64,000 nucleotides of DNA from Candidatus Methanoxibalbensis ujae (lineage in GTDB: Archaea; Halobacteriota; Syntropharchaeia; Alkanophagales; Methanospirareceae): NCBI GenBank assembly GCA_026134085.1, contig JAOQIN010000005.1, positions 9,489-73,488 of the forward strand. Direction: 5' to 3'. A program made the position numbers and the translations under genes. The notes beneath the pieces are model-generated. The model had not been told where the DNA came from and did not search any database. It was given only the letters and a program-made list of their open reading frames with translations. Positions 16,799-26,416 of the stretch are shown one piece after another (positions within the stretch are counted from its first letter, which is position 1; each line of letters starts with the position of its first letter).

Positions 16799-18508
16799 TC
16801 AGGAAATCCACTGTGAGAGTGTGCCGTCGGTGCAATGTCGTCTGATTCGTTTTTTGCGCCTCTGTTTTATCGGATTTTCATAATTCTCATAATTTTTTTC
16901 ATCGCAGTGCTTCACAACTGCATCATCAAAGTTCAATCCCGACCAGCATATCTTGTAGCCCATTTCCGGCAGGATGTCAGGAGACAGTCCGTATCTGCTG
17001 AGAACTGCCGAGACTTCTGCAAGACGCTTGGGCTCTTTTAACGCATCTATATCAGATTTCACACTTTCAATGATCTTTTTTCTCACTGCATAATAGCCTA
17101 TGACAGAATATCCGCACTTCTTCGCTTTTTCCATGACATCTTTTATGTTTATGAGATACACATCTGCAACATGACGCAGATTCACAACATCTTCATCAGT
17201 CACAATATGGGGTTCCGCCCTCAATTTCCGCTCTATCCTGCGTGCAACTTCATTATACGGTATTTTTGATGAGAATAAAACGACATCATCAGATACCATG
17301 TCAAATCTTCCATATTCCTCTCTCGCTATTATGATGAGGGGCACGCTCGCATTTCTCACCTTTTCAACCTTTGAGCGCAGATATTCGGGGGTCCAGAAAC
17401 CGACAATCTCTATGTAAACCTCCCTTTCAGATTCGGCTCTGTCTTCGCCCTGGCGATGCGCTGCGCGATTGTCGTGATGATGCCCGCGCACGTCGCTGTC
17501 ATCGCTGTCATCGCTGCCACCGCCGCATTTATCGCTTCGTATGCGTACAGCGAAGTCCGGGATAAATGCGTGCTTACCCGCTTTCACTATTGCGGGTTCC
17601 CTTATGACCTCGTATGATCTGTTTATAGCCCTTATGTTTCTTGCAAATTCCTCCTCAAGAGAGGAATCGTATGAGATATGCTCCTCATTTCTAGGAAATA
17701 GAAAAGCACGTGAGGAATCAATCTCCATCATGTATATTCTGCTGGCATCAAGAATCTCCGCACGAATCCACCACGCATTCGCACTCAGGACAGATGGTAT
17801 CAGCTTGGCCATAGCCGTTCCATATTTGCGCGTCATCTTCAGAATGGATGCTGCACCGGTTATCTCAACAAGCAGAATGTGCTCGTCACTCCCACCTCCT
17901 ATCTTCATTATCCTCGCTGCATCGCTCTCTTCAGCCTCGTAAATGTCATACATCAATCCAAGCCATTTTATGCGCCTGAAAATATCTTTGTAATTGGAAC
18001 CCGTCCAGAATGTCATCCTCAAAGAATCAAACAGAGCAGTTTGTAAAAGAGAAAGATTGTAAAATTTTATTAAATCCGATGCATTTATTTTGTTTATATG
18101 CGATATTATCATCTCTTCCTCCATATCAGCGAACATTGCATGCTCTATTTCATCAATTGTTGTCTCAAATTTCTCAGCAGCATGCATCAAAATTTTCTCT
18201 CTCTCCTCTTCCTTTGTCACGAAACCTCTGGAAAAGAGGAACATACGCAGTTTCATCGGATCAACTGATGTGCATATATCAAATCTGCAAAATCTCTCAA
18301 GCACCTTCGCAAATCCACGCACCTTCCGGTAGTTTGAGGCGTTCTCAAGCGATTTCAATTGCTCCATCGCATCTCCATATCTCCTGCCGAGATGCATCCT
18401 GAAAACATCCATCACGATTTCCGCCAATTCCACATCAGATGCGCTGGCAAATCTCGGATATATCTTCCCCCGTATCTTTCGCACTTCAAGCAAATCCTTC
18501 GGCAGCAT
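16799..18508 (-). CDS. bax1: Bax1-like endonuclease (DUF790, partner of archaeal XPB)
   Basis: MLPKDLLEVRKIRGKIYPRF N-terminus and overall about 570-aa architecture typical of DUF790/Bax1. The C-terminal nuclease region is AFIPDFAV...YIEIVGFWTPEYL. Carries a low-complexity GGGSDDSDDSDVRGHHHD insertion. The start is taken at the second Met. Confidence 0.65.
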   Translation of the reverse strand: MLPKDLLEVRKIRGKIYPRFASASDVELAEIVMDVFRMHLGRRYGDAMEQLKSLENASNYRKVRGFAKVLERFCRFDICTSVDPMKLRMFLFSRGFVTKEEEREKILMHAAEKFETTIDEIEHAMFADMEEEMIISHINKINASDLIKFYNLSLLQTALFDSLRMTFWTGSNYKDIFRRIKWLGLMYDIYEAEESDAARIMKIGGGSDEHILLVEITGAASILKMTRKYGTAMAKLIPSVLSANAWWIRAEILDASRIYMMEIDSSRAFLFPRNEEHISYDSSLEEEFARNIRAINRSYEVIREPAIVKAGKHAFIPDFAVRIRSDKCGGGSDDSDDSDVRGHHHDNRAAHRQGEDRAESEREVYIEIVGFWTPEYLRSKVEKVRNASVPLIIIAREEYGRFDMVSDDVVLFSSKIPYNEVARRIERKLRAEPHIVTDEDVVNLRHVADVYLINIKDVMEKAKKCGYSVIGYYAVRKKIIESVKSDIDALKEPKRLAEVSAVLSRYGLSPDILPEMGYKICWSGLNFDDAVVKHCDEKNYENYENPIKQRRKKRIRRHCTDGTLSQWIS

Positions 18509-18886
18509 TCCTCTATCCCTATCATATCTCACTCAATAATTTACATCTCATCTCTCTCATCTGTCTTCATCCGGCTCACTCTCCAGCTCGCTCCTGTCGC
18601 AGGAAGATCACGGCACTTCACTACCTTCCATACCTCCAGATGGAGCGCTTACAATGATAAACAATAGGAATCCACACCAGGAAATTACAATCACAGAATA
18701 TCGCCATACAGAGTAAATAACCCACATCCCGCTTCCAATGGCTCTGTAAGAGCGATCTGTTTCATCAGGCAATTCCATCATGGACGATGAAAAAGGAGGC
18801 GTCATTGTGGCAGCGGCACCGCGCTTGTCAAAATAGGGATAGGGATTGCCAAGAATATATCAAGAGAATTCAAAAGATTGAAAAAT

Positions 18887-19850
18887 TATAGTATCTGACA
18901 TAACTAACTTAACTAATATTCAAGAATTTCTTAATCCACTTTTCTGCAAATTCTTTGTGTCGGCTCATAAAAATTATTCGAGAGGACTCGCTTAAGCTCA
19001 TCCAATGTTTTAATGAAGAGAGGTGAAAGAACTCTCTTTATGATCCTCCAGATCTGCTCAATTGGATTCAGATCAGGTAAGGTGGTAGGATGACAAGAAT
19101 TATGTTCAGCTTTTTTGCTTCTCTCCTCGTTTTCTTAGCCCAGTGTTGAAGTTATCAAGAATGATATGGTTCTGGATTCCTTTCTCTTATCTTCTCCAGA
19201 AACTCACATACAGATTCCTTCTTTGAATTTTCCTTAAAATCTATGACACTCTCGCCATCTATTGCATAGAAACCGAAATGCTCTAAGCCTTGTGGTGATT
19301 AACAACAGGTTTATTGAATGACCACAAGCATTGAGTGTTTGAAATGAGTTGAGGTGAAGTCTCATCCAGAAATCCTGCATTCTTCCAATCAAGTTCATCA
19401 AGTTTAAGCTCTTCTTCAGCATTCTCAGGTCTTCTCCTTTTGATAAGTTAAGTATTTCATTCCAAATCAGTATTCTGCTGACATACTTATGCTGTATTCA
19501 ACACCAAATTCATTTTTGATTAATTCTCCTACCTCTTTAGTCAATCATCTCTCTTTTCAATTTGAGTTTTTCTTTTTCCTTTTCAGTTAGTTCTGAATAC
19601 CTCCACCATAAGTTTAAGCCCAATCCTTTTTCGTTCCAGTTCTCAAGCCATAACCTATAACTTTGCTTACACTTAGCTGCTTCAGGAACAGTTGCTCCCT
19701 TGTCTCTTTGATGAAGAAAAGTTAGGACTTCTGCACAAACCTTTCCGAATCTCTTCGTTCAGCTCTTCTAAGGCCACTTAACAACTTCTTTTTCTGGTTT
19801 TCGTCCCTTGTGGTTAATATGTTGTTAAAAATGTTTTGTCTAATACTCTA
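18887..19850 (-). mobile_element. Decayed IS630/Tc1-mariner-family insertion sequence (transposase pseudogene, imperfect terminal inverted repeats, TA flanks)
   Basis: Minus-strand translation ends ..LPDLNPIEQIWRIIKRVLSPLFIKTLDELKRVLSNNFYEPTQRICRKVD* (stop at 18931-18933), the IS630 C-terminal signature, with frameshifts upstream. HTH-region fragments (AAKCKQSYRLWLENWNEKGL) are present. The terminal repeats TATAGTATCTGACATAAC (18887-) and the reverse complement of GTTTTGTCTAATACTCTA (-19850) match at 14/18. The element is AT-rich relative to its flanks. Confidence 0.7.
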
Positions 19851-19887
19851 AAAGGGAAATCAAAGCTGTTGAAGAGGAGCTCCTCCA

Positions 19888-21075
19888 TCACTCATACCTG
19901 ACAGCTTCAACAGGGCTCATCCTCGCCGCTTTCAGTGCGGGGTATATTCCCGACACCACTCCCACGAGAAGCGCAACTGAGAAACCACCTATGAGGACTT
20001 CAGCACGAATAACTGGAGGAATCTCAACATCAAAAGCGGATTTAAGTGCTACACTCATCACATTCGCGCCAAAAACGCCCATCATCACGCCAGATATGCC
20101 GCCCAATACGCTTATAATTCCCGATTCAAAAAGGAAAAGCGATAGAATATCTGAATTCCGCGCACCTATGGCTTTCATCACGCCTATTTCATGAGTTCTC
20201 TCCATCACAGACATCAGCATTGTGTTCATAATGCCCGTTGAAGCGACAATGAGTGATATGGATGCTATTGCAAGCAGAACTGCGCGTATAATACTGAATA
20301 ATTCCTCAAGCTGTTTTATGAAACTTCCCATTGTGAGTGCTTGTGCGAAGTTTTCTGTCTTATGATTCTCATTTATTCGCTCCTCTATCTCGTCAGCTAT
20401 ATTTTCTGCATCTTCAATTCGTATTACTCTCGCAAATATTGTTGAGATTTCATTTCCTATTATCTGTTTTGCATCCCTCTCAGGTATGTATATCTGGGCA
20501 TCAACCTCCGATCTGAAGCCACCCTGTTTCTCAAGTATTCCGACCACCCTGAAAGTTGAGTCTTCTATTTTCAATCGGTCATTGACATTGATCTCGTGCT
20601 CGAAATAGTCTTTCGCGATAATGTGACCGATTGTGCATGTGTAATGGTCGCTCTCACGCAGTCCACGACCCTCCTCCTCATTGACGACATCACCGAAAAC
20701 AGCACTCGTCTCCCTTGGATCAATTCCTATCACCTCAACTATCCTGCGCTCACCGCGGAATTCAACAGTCTTCATCCCGCTTATCATCGCAGCAGCCTCA
20801 CGAACGCCACTTATGCGCTTTATGTCCCTGAGGTCCTGCTCTGTCAATTTGCCGAGCTCCATGTATCCCTTGCCCTGGACGAACTTTCCCGGCATCACAA
20901 TTATCGTGTCTGCAATTTCAGAGAGCTGTGCTGTCACCGCATACTCCAAGCCGAAGCCAACGCTCATCAGAGCCACGATCGCGGATATGCCCACAGCAAC
21001 GCCGAGAAGTGTCAGGAATGAGCGGGCCTTTCTCTCGCGCAGGTCGCGCCATGCAAGCGTGAATATATCACTCAT
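19888..21075 (-). CDS. ABC transporter permease, MacB/FtsX-like
   Basis: MSDIFTLAWRDLRERKARSFLTLLGVAVGISAIVAL N-terminus, a large periplasmic-type domain, and the C-terminal FtsX module ..MKAIGARNSDILSLFLFES... Confidence 0.8.
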   Translation of the reverse strand: MSDIFTLAWRDLRERKARSFLTLLGVAVGISAIVALMSVGFGLEYAVTAQLSEIADTIIVMPGKFVQGKGYMELGKLTEQDLRDIKRISGVREAAAMISGMKTVEFRGERRIVEVIGIDPRETSAVFGDVVNEEEGRGLRESDHYTCTIGHIIAKDYFEHEINVNDRLKIEDSTFRVVGILEKQGGFRSEVDAQIYIPERDAKQIIGNEISTIFARVIRIEDAENIADEIEERINENHKTENFAQALTMGSFIKQLEELFSIIRAVLLAIASISLIVASTGIMNTMLMSVMERTHEIGVMKAIGARNSDILSLFLFESGIISVLGGISGVMMGVFGANVMSVALKSAFDVEIPPVIRAEVLIGGFSVALLVGVVSGIYPALKAARMSPVEAVRYE

Positions 21076-21078
21076 CCC

Positions 21079-22098
21079 TCACCGCAACTTTTCTGTCGTG
21101 CATATTTTCAGCATGTCTGAGAGCACTGCGCTCGCCGCCTCCTTGGGGCCTGCGCCTTTTCCCACGATTGTGATGTCGCCTGCGATGTCCGTCTTCACGG
21201 TTGCGACGTTCAGTGTTCCTCTCACATCAAGCGGGTCTCCTTTCAGGACGAGGCGGGGAGCAACTTCAAGGCGCTCCCTTGAAACCTCTCCGACGAGTTT
21301 TATGGTGTATCCAGCGTCGTCAGCGAGTTTAAGAGCTTCAGGCGTTATTTCAGAGATGCCCTGCACCGATACATCATCAAGCGATGCTTTCATGTGAAAC
21401 ACTGCGTTCGCAAGTATAACGAGTTTTACAGCTGTGTCCTCGCCTGATATATCCTGAGAGGGGTCGCTCTCCGCGATGCCGAGAGCCTGTGCCTCTCTGA
21501 GTGCATGCTCAAAGGGAATCTTTTCCTCATACATCCTCGTGAGTATGTAGTTACATGTGCCGTTTAGAACTCCCTTTATCGCAGTCACCTCGTTCCCCTC
21601 AAGGTTTTGTATGAGCGATATGAGAGGCATCGCACCGCCTACAGTGGCCTCAAATCTCAACTGAACTCCTTTCGCATCAGCAATATTCATGAGCTCATCA
21701 TATTTCAGCGCAACAGGACCTTTGTTTGATGTGACAACATGGCGAGATGCCCTCAGCGCAGCGATTATATGCGAGAGTCCGGGCTCTCCGCTCTTCAAAT
21801 TTGTTGGCGTCGCCTCAACGACTATATCGTGCTCCACATCCTCTATGAGCTCAAGAGCACTCATATCCGTGTTTCTTGATATGCTGTGCCTCTCCCTGAA
21901 CGAACGAAGTATGTCCCATTTAATTCCGTCCTCTGAGACAAAAACACCCTTCGCATCCGCAACTCCGACAACACGAAAATCAATACCATATTCACGAATA
22001 AAAGCCTCCCTCCTCCTCATCAAAACCTCAGCAACACAGCCGCCCACATTTCCAAAGCCTATTATCGTTATCCTGACCACCTTTCCAGACTGACGCAC
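21079..22098 (-). CDS. hom: Homoserine dehydrogenase
   Basis: Rossmann N-terminus ITIIGFGNVGGCVAEVL; catalytic region ..FEATVGGAMPLI..L..G..V..I.GVLNGTCNYIL. Confidence 0.85.
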   Translation of the reverse strand: MRQSGKVVRITIIGFGNVGGCVAEVLMRRREAFIREYGIDFRVVGVADAKGVFVSEDGIKWDILRSFRERHSISRNTDMSALELIEDVEHDIVVEATPTNLKSGEPGLSHIIAALRASRHVVTSNKGPVALKYDELMNIADAKGVQLRFEATVGGAMPLISLIQNLEGNEVTAIKGVLNGTCNYILTRMYEEKIPFEHALREAQALGIAESDPSQDISGEDTAVKLVILANAVFHMKASLDDVSVQGISEITPEALKLADDAGYTIKLVGEVSRERLEVAPRLVLKGDPLDVRGTLNVATVKTDIAGDITIVGKGAGPKEAASAVLSDMLKICTTEKLR

Positions 22099-22112
22099 AC
22101 AGCATCACCCCG

Positions 22113-22613
22113 TCAGATGGGAGATATCATCATGATACCCTTTTTGCGGGCAACATCTCCCAATATCTCCATTGCCTCATTCAGCTTATCTTCATTTACA
22201 GCACTTATTGTGAGAGATGCAGATGATTTCATATCAATTGCTGGCATTTCAAGTGAAAGTTTGACAACTTCTGCAAATCCTGTGCTGTCTATGCTGTCTA
22301 TCAGATCCCGTATGTCAGAATGAACTATATGACCTATGAGAATGACAATCTTGGACGACCTCAGGCGCTCTCTGCCGACGCGCAGCACACTCACACCTCT
22401 CCTCTTCAAACGCTGCACGAGAGTTTCAACATTTCTCTCGTCTATCTCAAACACAACCTGCACCGGTATATTGCCAAGCGGTGTCTTGCGGTTGTGATGA
22501 TGTAGCACACTTATTATGTTGCCTCCCAACTCCGAAATGGGCTTCAACGCATGCACAAGCTGACCGGGAATGTCTTTCAGCTCAATATCAAGCGATATTT
22601 TCATGGCTCTCAT
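22113..22613 (-). CDS. ACT-domain regulatory protein (COG2150-type), usually paired with hom in archaea
   Basis: MRAMKISLDIELKDIPGQLVHALKPISELGGNIISVLH ACT motif. Lies immediately upstream of hom on the same strand. The start is chosen at an internal Met. Confidence 0.65.
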   Translation of the reverse strand: MRAMKISLDIELKDIPGQLVHALKPISELGGNIISVLHHHNRKTPLGNIPVQVVFEIDERNVETLVQRLKRRGVSVLRVGRERLRSSKIVILIGHIVHSDIRDLIDSIDSTGFAEVVKLSLEMPAIDMKSSASLTISAVNEDKLNEAMEILGDVARKKGIMMISPI

Positions 22614-22763
22614 ATCACTGTCACTGCTGCTCACAGAACAACCCCTCCGCCGCTTTTCCTGCGAAAGCATTGACGACAAAAAGATATTGCCACATCTCAT
22701 ATTTTTTGTTGTGCCCACCTCACACTCATCTCACACTTCAACTCGCGGAGGATCGGGAGGAGG

Positions 22764-25313
22764 ATGAAGAAAATGCGCAAGGAGGGTTTTCTGATTGATG
22801 TGGATTACATAACCGTGCATGAAAACGGGAAAAAAAGAGCATTGGTCAGGTTATGGTGCAAAAGTGATTCTGGAGAGGATTTTGTCATATTTGACAAAAC
22901 ATTTGAACCATATTTCTATGTGTTCCCGCGCATTTATTTTGAAGATGCGAGAGAAGAGGTTGCACACGCGGATATTTTGAGGAAGAAGGAGATTGTTGAA
23001 CACATATGTGTGAGGAAAGGAGCAGATGTGATAAAGGCAAAGCGTGTTGAGATATGTCATCGCAGAATTTTCGGTGTCCTCAGGGAGGGATTGCGAGTCA
23101 TTGCGGAGTATCCGAAAGATGTGCCTGTGTTGCGTGAAGCCGTAAATGAGGACGTCGTCGCACTTGAGGCGGATATATTGTATGTGATAAGATACATGAT
23201 AGACAGAGATATCAGGCCGTTTGAACGCATAACCGCCGAATGCACAGCTTCATATGGCGGCTTAATCGCATCTGAAATCTCTCAGATGGGTGAGAGAGCG
23301 CTTCCTCCTCTTCGCATCCTCGCGTTTGACTGCGAGATGGCTGCTCCACATGGCAGAATGCCTTCCCCAAAACATGACAGCATCATCATAATATCATGCG
23401 CTTTCAAAGTGTCAGAAAGCGGAATTGAAGGCGGTGAAATTCAAAATAAACTGTTTACAGCAGGAGAAAAAGAAGATGATAGGCGCATAATATCTGAATT
23501 TGTTGAATTTGTCAAAGAATTTCGCCCTGATATAATCGTGGGATACAACATTGATGCGTTTGACTGGGTTTATTTGAGGGAAAGAGCGCGCATACATGGC
23601 ATAAAACTGGATATAGGAAAGGATGGCAGCGAGTTGAGGATTGAGAGGAGCGCTTCGGGCGCTGTGTATGATGTGGACATAGCGGGCATTCTGAATGTTG
23701 ATCTGTATAAGATCGCGAGGCGTGATCTCGTTGATGTGAAGGTGAAGACCCTTGAAAATGTTGCGGCGTATCTCGGTGTTATGCGAAAGGAGGACAGGGA
23801 GCATCTGAAGCCCGCCGAGATCTATGATATATGGACTGCGGGGGACGGGCGTGAGAGACTTTTCGCGTATGCGACTGCTGATGCCCTCTCAGCACTGAAA
23901 ATCGCGGAGAAGCTTCTTCCATTGCAGATTGAGCTCTCAAGAATGCTTCGCCATCCGCTTGACCTCGTCGTCAAAATGGGCAGGGGTAGTCAGGTGGAGG
24001 CGTTGCTGACTGCCGAAGCGTTCAAAAGGGGGGAGGTGATTCCGCCAAAGCGCTCTGAAAACAGGACATACGAGGGTGCATTCGTCCTTCCTCCTGTGAG
24101 AGGACTGCATGAGAATGTTGTGTCGCTTGACTTCTCGTCAATGTATCCCTCAATAATGGTCGCCTTCAACATATCACCAGACACATTTGTGCCGCCTGAT
24201 GAGGTGAAGAATGTGCGAGATGTGTTCATCGCACCTGAGGTCAATCACGCATTCAGAAAAAATCCAGATGGCTTCTTCAAGCAAATACTGAGAGATCTCA
24301 TGAATCGCCGTCGTGAGATAAAAAGGCGTATGGCTTCTGTCTCATCTCCTGAGGAATATCGCATGCTTGATGTGCAGCAGCAGTGCATAAAAATACTGAC
24401 AAACGCATTCTACGGATACTCTGCCTGGAGTGGCGCTCATTTCTACAGGCGAGAATGCGCAGAGGCGACAACAGCATGGGGAAGGGCAATCATAAAAAGG
24501 GCAATAGAAATTGCGGAAAACATGGGTTTCAATGTCATATACGGCGATACCGATAGCATATTCGTGAAATTGACAGATCGTCTCAAAGAGAAAACAATTG
24601 AGATGGCAAAAAGGCTCTCAGCTGAAATTTCTCATGAGTTCCCCCTTGATCTTGAGATAAAGGATTTCTTCAAAGTCATATTCTTCACAGGAAAGAAAAA
24701 GAGATACGCCGCACTGACAGAGAGCGGCGATATAATAGTGAGAGGGCTTGAGGTCCGCCGTGGTGACTGGTGTGAGCTCGCGAAGGAAGTGCAGTCAAAG
24801 GTGATAGAAATAATATTAAAACGCAGAAATGTTGAAGAAGCTGCAAATTATGTGAAGGATGTCATAAAAAAATTGATAGCTGGCGAGATTCAGATCGAAA
24901 AACTCGCAATCTATAAAACATTAACCAAGCAGATAAGCAGATATGAATCCGAACAGGCGCATGTGGCTGCTGCAAAACTTGCAAAAAAGCACAATTTTAT
25001 CTATGAAACCGGCTCAAAAATACCTTATGTGATCGTTGAGGAGATGACAGATGAGAGAGCAGATGGGAGAGGAATTGGCGGCAGAAGGAAGGGTGGCGGA
25101 AGGACGAGTGATCGTGCGTTTCCAATAGAGATAGCAGCGGAAATAAGAGGTAACAGGATAATACTTGCTGATGGAAGCGTGTTTCACCTGGACACAGATT
25201 ATTATGTGCGCCGGCAGATAATACCTGCTGTTATGCGAGTTCTTCAGGTTTTCGGATATGATCATTCATATTTTGAGCATTCGGCACAGGAAAATTTGAG
25301 CAGATGGATGTGA
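22764..25313 (+). CDS. polB: Family B DNA polymerase
   Basis: Exo I ILAFDCEM, Exo II YNIDAFDWVYL, motif A SLDFSSMYPSIM, motif B KILTNAFYGY, motif C YGDTDS. 849 aa with no intein. Confidence 0.9.
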   Translation: MKKMRKEGFLIDVDYITVHENGKKRALVRLWCKSDSGEDFVIFDKTFEPYFYVFPRIYFEDAREEVAHADILRKKEIVEHICVRKGADVIKAKRVEICHRRIFGVLREGLRVIAEYPKDVPVLREAVNEDVVALEADILYVIRYMIDRDIRPFERITAECTASYGGLIASEISQMGERALPPLRILAFDCEMAAPHGRMPSPKHDSIIIISCAFKVSESGIEGGEIQNKLFTAGEKEDDRRIISEFVEFVKEFRPDIIVGYNIDAFDWVYLRERARIHGIKLDIGKDGSELRIERSASGAVYDVDIAGILNVDLYKIARRDLVDVKVKTLENVAAYLGVMRKEDREHLKPAEIYDIWTAGDGRERLFAYATADALSALKIAEKLLPLQIELSRMLRHPLDLVVKMGRGSQVEALLTAEAFKRGEVIPPKRSENRTYEGAFVLPPVRGLHENVVSLDFSSMYPSIMVAFNISPDTFVPPDEVKNVRDVFIAPEVNHAFRKNPDGFFKQILRDLMNRRREIKRRMASVSSPEEYRMLDVQQQCIKILTNAFYGYSAWSGAHFYRRECAEATTAWGRAIIKRAIEIAENMGFNVIYGDTDSIFVKLTDRLKEKTIEMAKRLSAEISHEFPLDLEIKDFFKVIFFTGKKKRYAALTESGDIIVRGLEVRRGDWCELAKEVQSKVIEIILKRRNVEEAANYVKDVIKKLIAGEIQIEKLAIYKTLTKQISRYESEQAHVAAAKLAKKHNFIYETGSKIPYVIVEEMTDERADGRGIGGRRKGGGRTSDRAFPIEIAAEIRGNRIILADGSVFHLDTDYYVRRQIIPAVMRVLQVFGYDHSYFEHSAQENLSRWM

Positions 25314-25337
25314 TGCGCTCAGAAAGTCCAGAGCACC

Positions 25338-25353
25338 GAAAAGCTTTTATATA
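25338..25353 (+). promoter_or_regulatory. BRE/TATA promoter of the histone gene
   Basis: cgaaaagcTTTTATATA lies about 35 nt upstream of the ATG at 25384. This predicts a very short leader. Confidence 0.5.
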
Positions 25354-25383
25354 GCGAAAATACACTCTGATTTGGTGCTGGAA

Positions 25384-25596
25384 ATGGCGGAACTGCCAAT
25401 TGCGCCTGTCACAAGGATAATTAGAAACGCCGGCGCGGAGAGAGTGAGCGAGGACGCAAGCACAACACTCGTTGAGATCATTGAGGAATACGCGAGAAAA
25501 GTTGCTGAAGAGGCTGTCAGTCTCGCAAAACACTCAGGAAGAAAGACTGTGAAAAAAGAAGACATAATTGAAGCGAAAAACAAAGTGCGGATATGA
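25384..25596 (+). CDS. Archaeal histone (HMf family)
   Basis: MAELPIAPVTRIIRNAGAERVSEDASTTLVEIIEEYARKVAEEAVSLAKHSGRKTVKKEDI is the canonical archaeal histone fold sequence. Confidence 0.9.
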   Translation: MAELPIAPVTRIIRNAGAERVSEDASTTLVEIIEEYARKVAEEAVSLAKHSGRKTVKKEDIIEAKNKVRI

Positions 25597-25761
25597 ATTC
25601 TCCCATTTCATTTTTTTCCCTCAATTCCCCTCAATTTCTTTTTTGATTTGATTTTTTGAAATGAGAGACATCGCATTTATCGCAATTGCTCAATGTGTTC
25701 TTATGACATATGTCATTGGTACATCAACATTTTATATGTTGTGAAGTTGAATAGGGAATTG

Positions 25762-26274
25762 ATGGAATTGATGAAGAGGATCAGCGTCCTGATTGTGCTT
25801 GCGATGGTGGCAATTACAGTGGCGGTGTTCGTGAGCACGGTGGCAGCACAGGAGGAGGAAGAGGACCCATTCAAGATCTACGGATACATCACTGACGCAA
25901 ATGGTAATCCACTGCAGGGATACGAGGTCATAATAAAGAAACAGCATAACTTGTTGGGAAAAGAAGTGTGGCGTGAATTAAAAGGTTGGCCTGGATACAT
26001 GAACATCACAAATGAATCCGGATATTACAGCACAGGCTGGTGTTATCCGCTGCTCCAAGGATATGGAGTGCCATGGGACAATTATCGCATGTATATAAAT
26101 GGTGAGCTTGTAGATGAGCGTTATATAGGTATAAAAGATTGGGAAATGAGCGGAATTTTTTTCTGGAAATATCAATGGAACTATGAAATCCCGGAGTTCA
26201 CGACCATTGCAGTGCCAATTGCTGCAATTTTCGGTCTTATACTGCTATTCAACCATCGCAAGCATAGAATATAA
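25762..26274 (+). CDS. Secreted protein with PEF-CTERM archaeosortase sorting signal
   Basis: Signal peptide MKRISVLIVLAMVAITVAVFVSTVAAQ. C-terminus EIPEFTTIAVPIAAIFGLILLFNHRKHRI, i.e. a PEF motif, a TM helix and a basic tail. Confidence 0.7.
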   Translation: MELMKRISVLIVLAMVAITVAVFVSTVAAQEEEEDPFKIYGYITDANGNPLQGYEVIIKKQHNLLGKEVWRELKGWPGYMNITNESGYYSTGWCYPLLQGYGVPWDNYRMYINGELVDERYIGIKDWEMSGIFFWKYQWNYEIPEFTTIAVPIAAIFGLILLFNHRKHRI

Positions 26275-26416
26275 TACCTCTTCTATCCTCTTAATTTTTT
26301 TTTCTCGGGCTGCTTTTGTTGAGCAGATTTCATCATGTTCCCGGGCCTCTCAGCTGTGACTCTTTGACTCAGGAGAACGCCATCTCATCCTCCTCCGCTG
26401 CGTCTGCGTGGTTTTA

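Noticed and set aside
20681-21397. 238-aa ORF on the plus strand
   Set aside because: It is antisense across the permease/hom junction. Its low-complexity Ser/Thr/Pro composition marks it as a shadow ORF.
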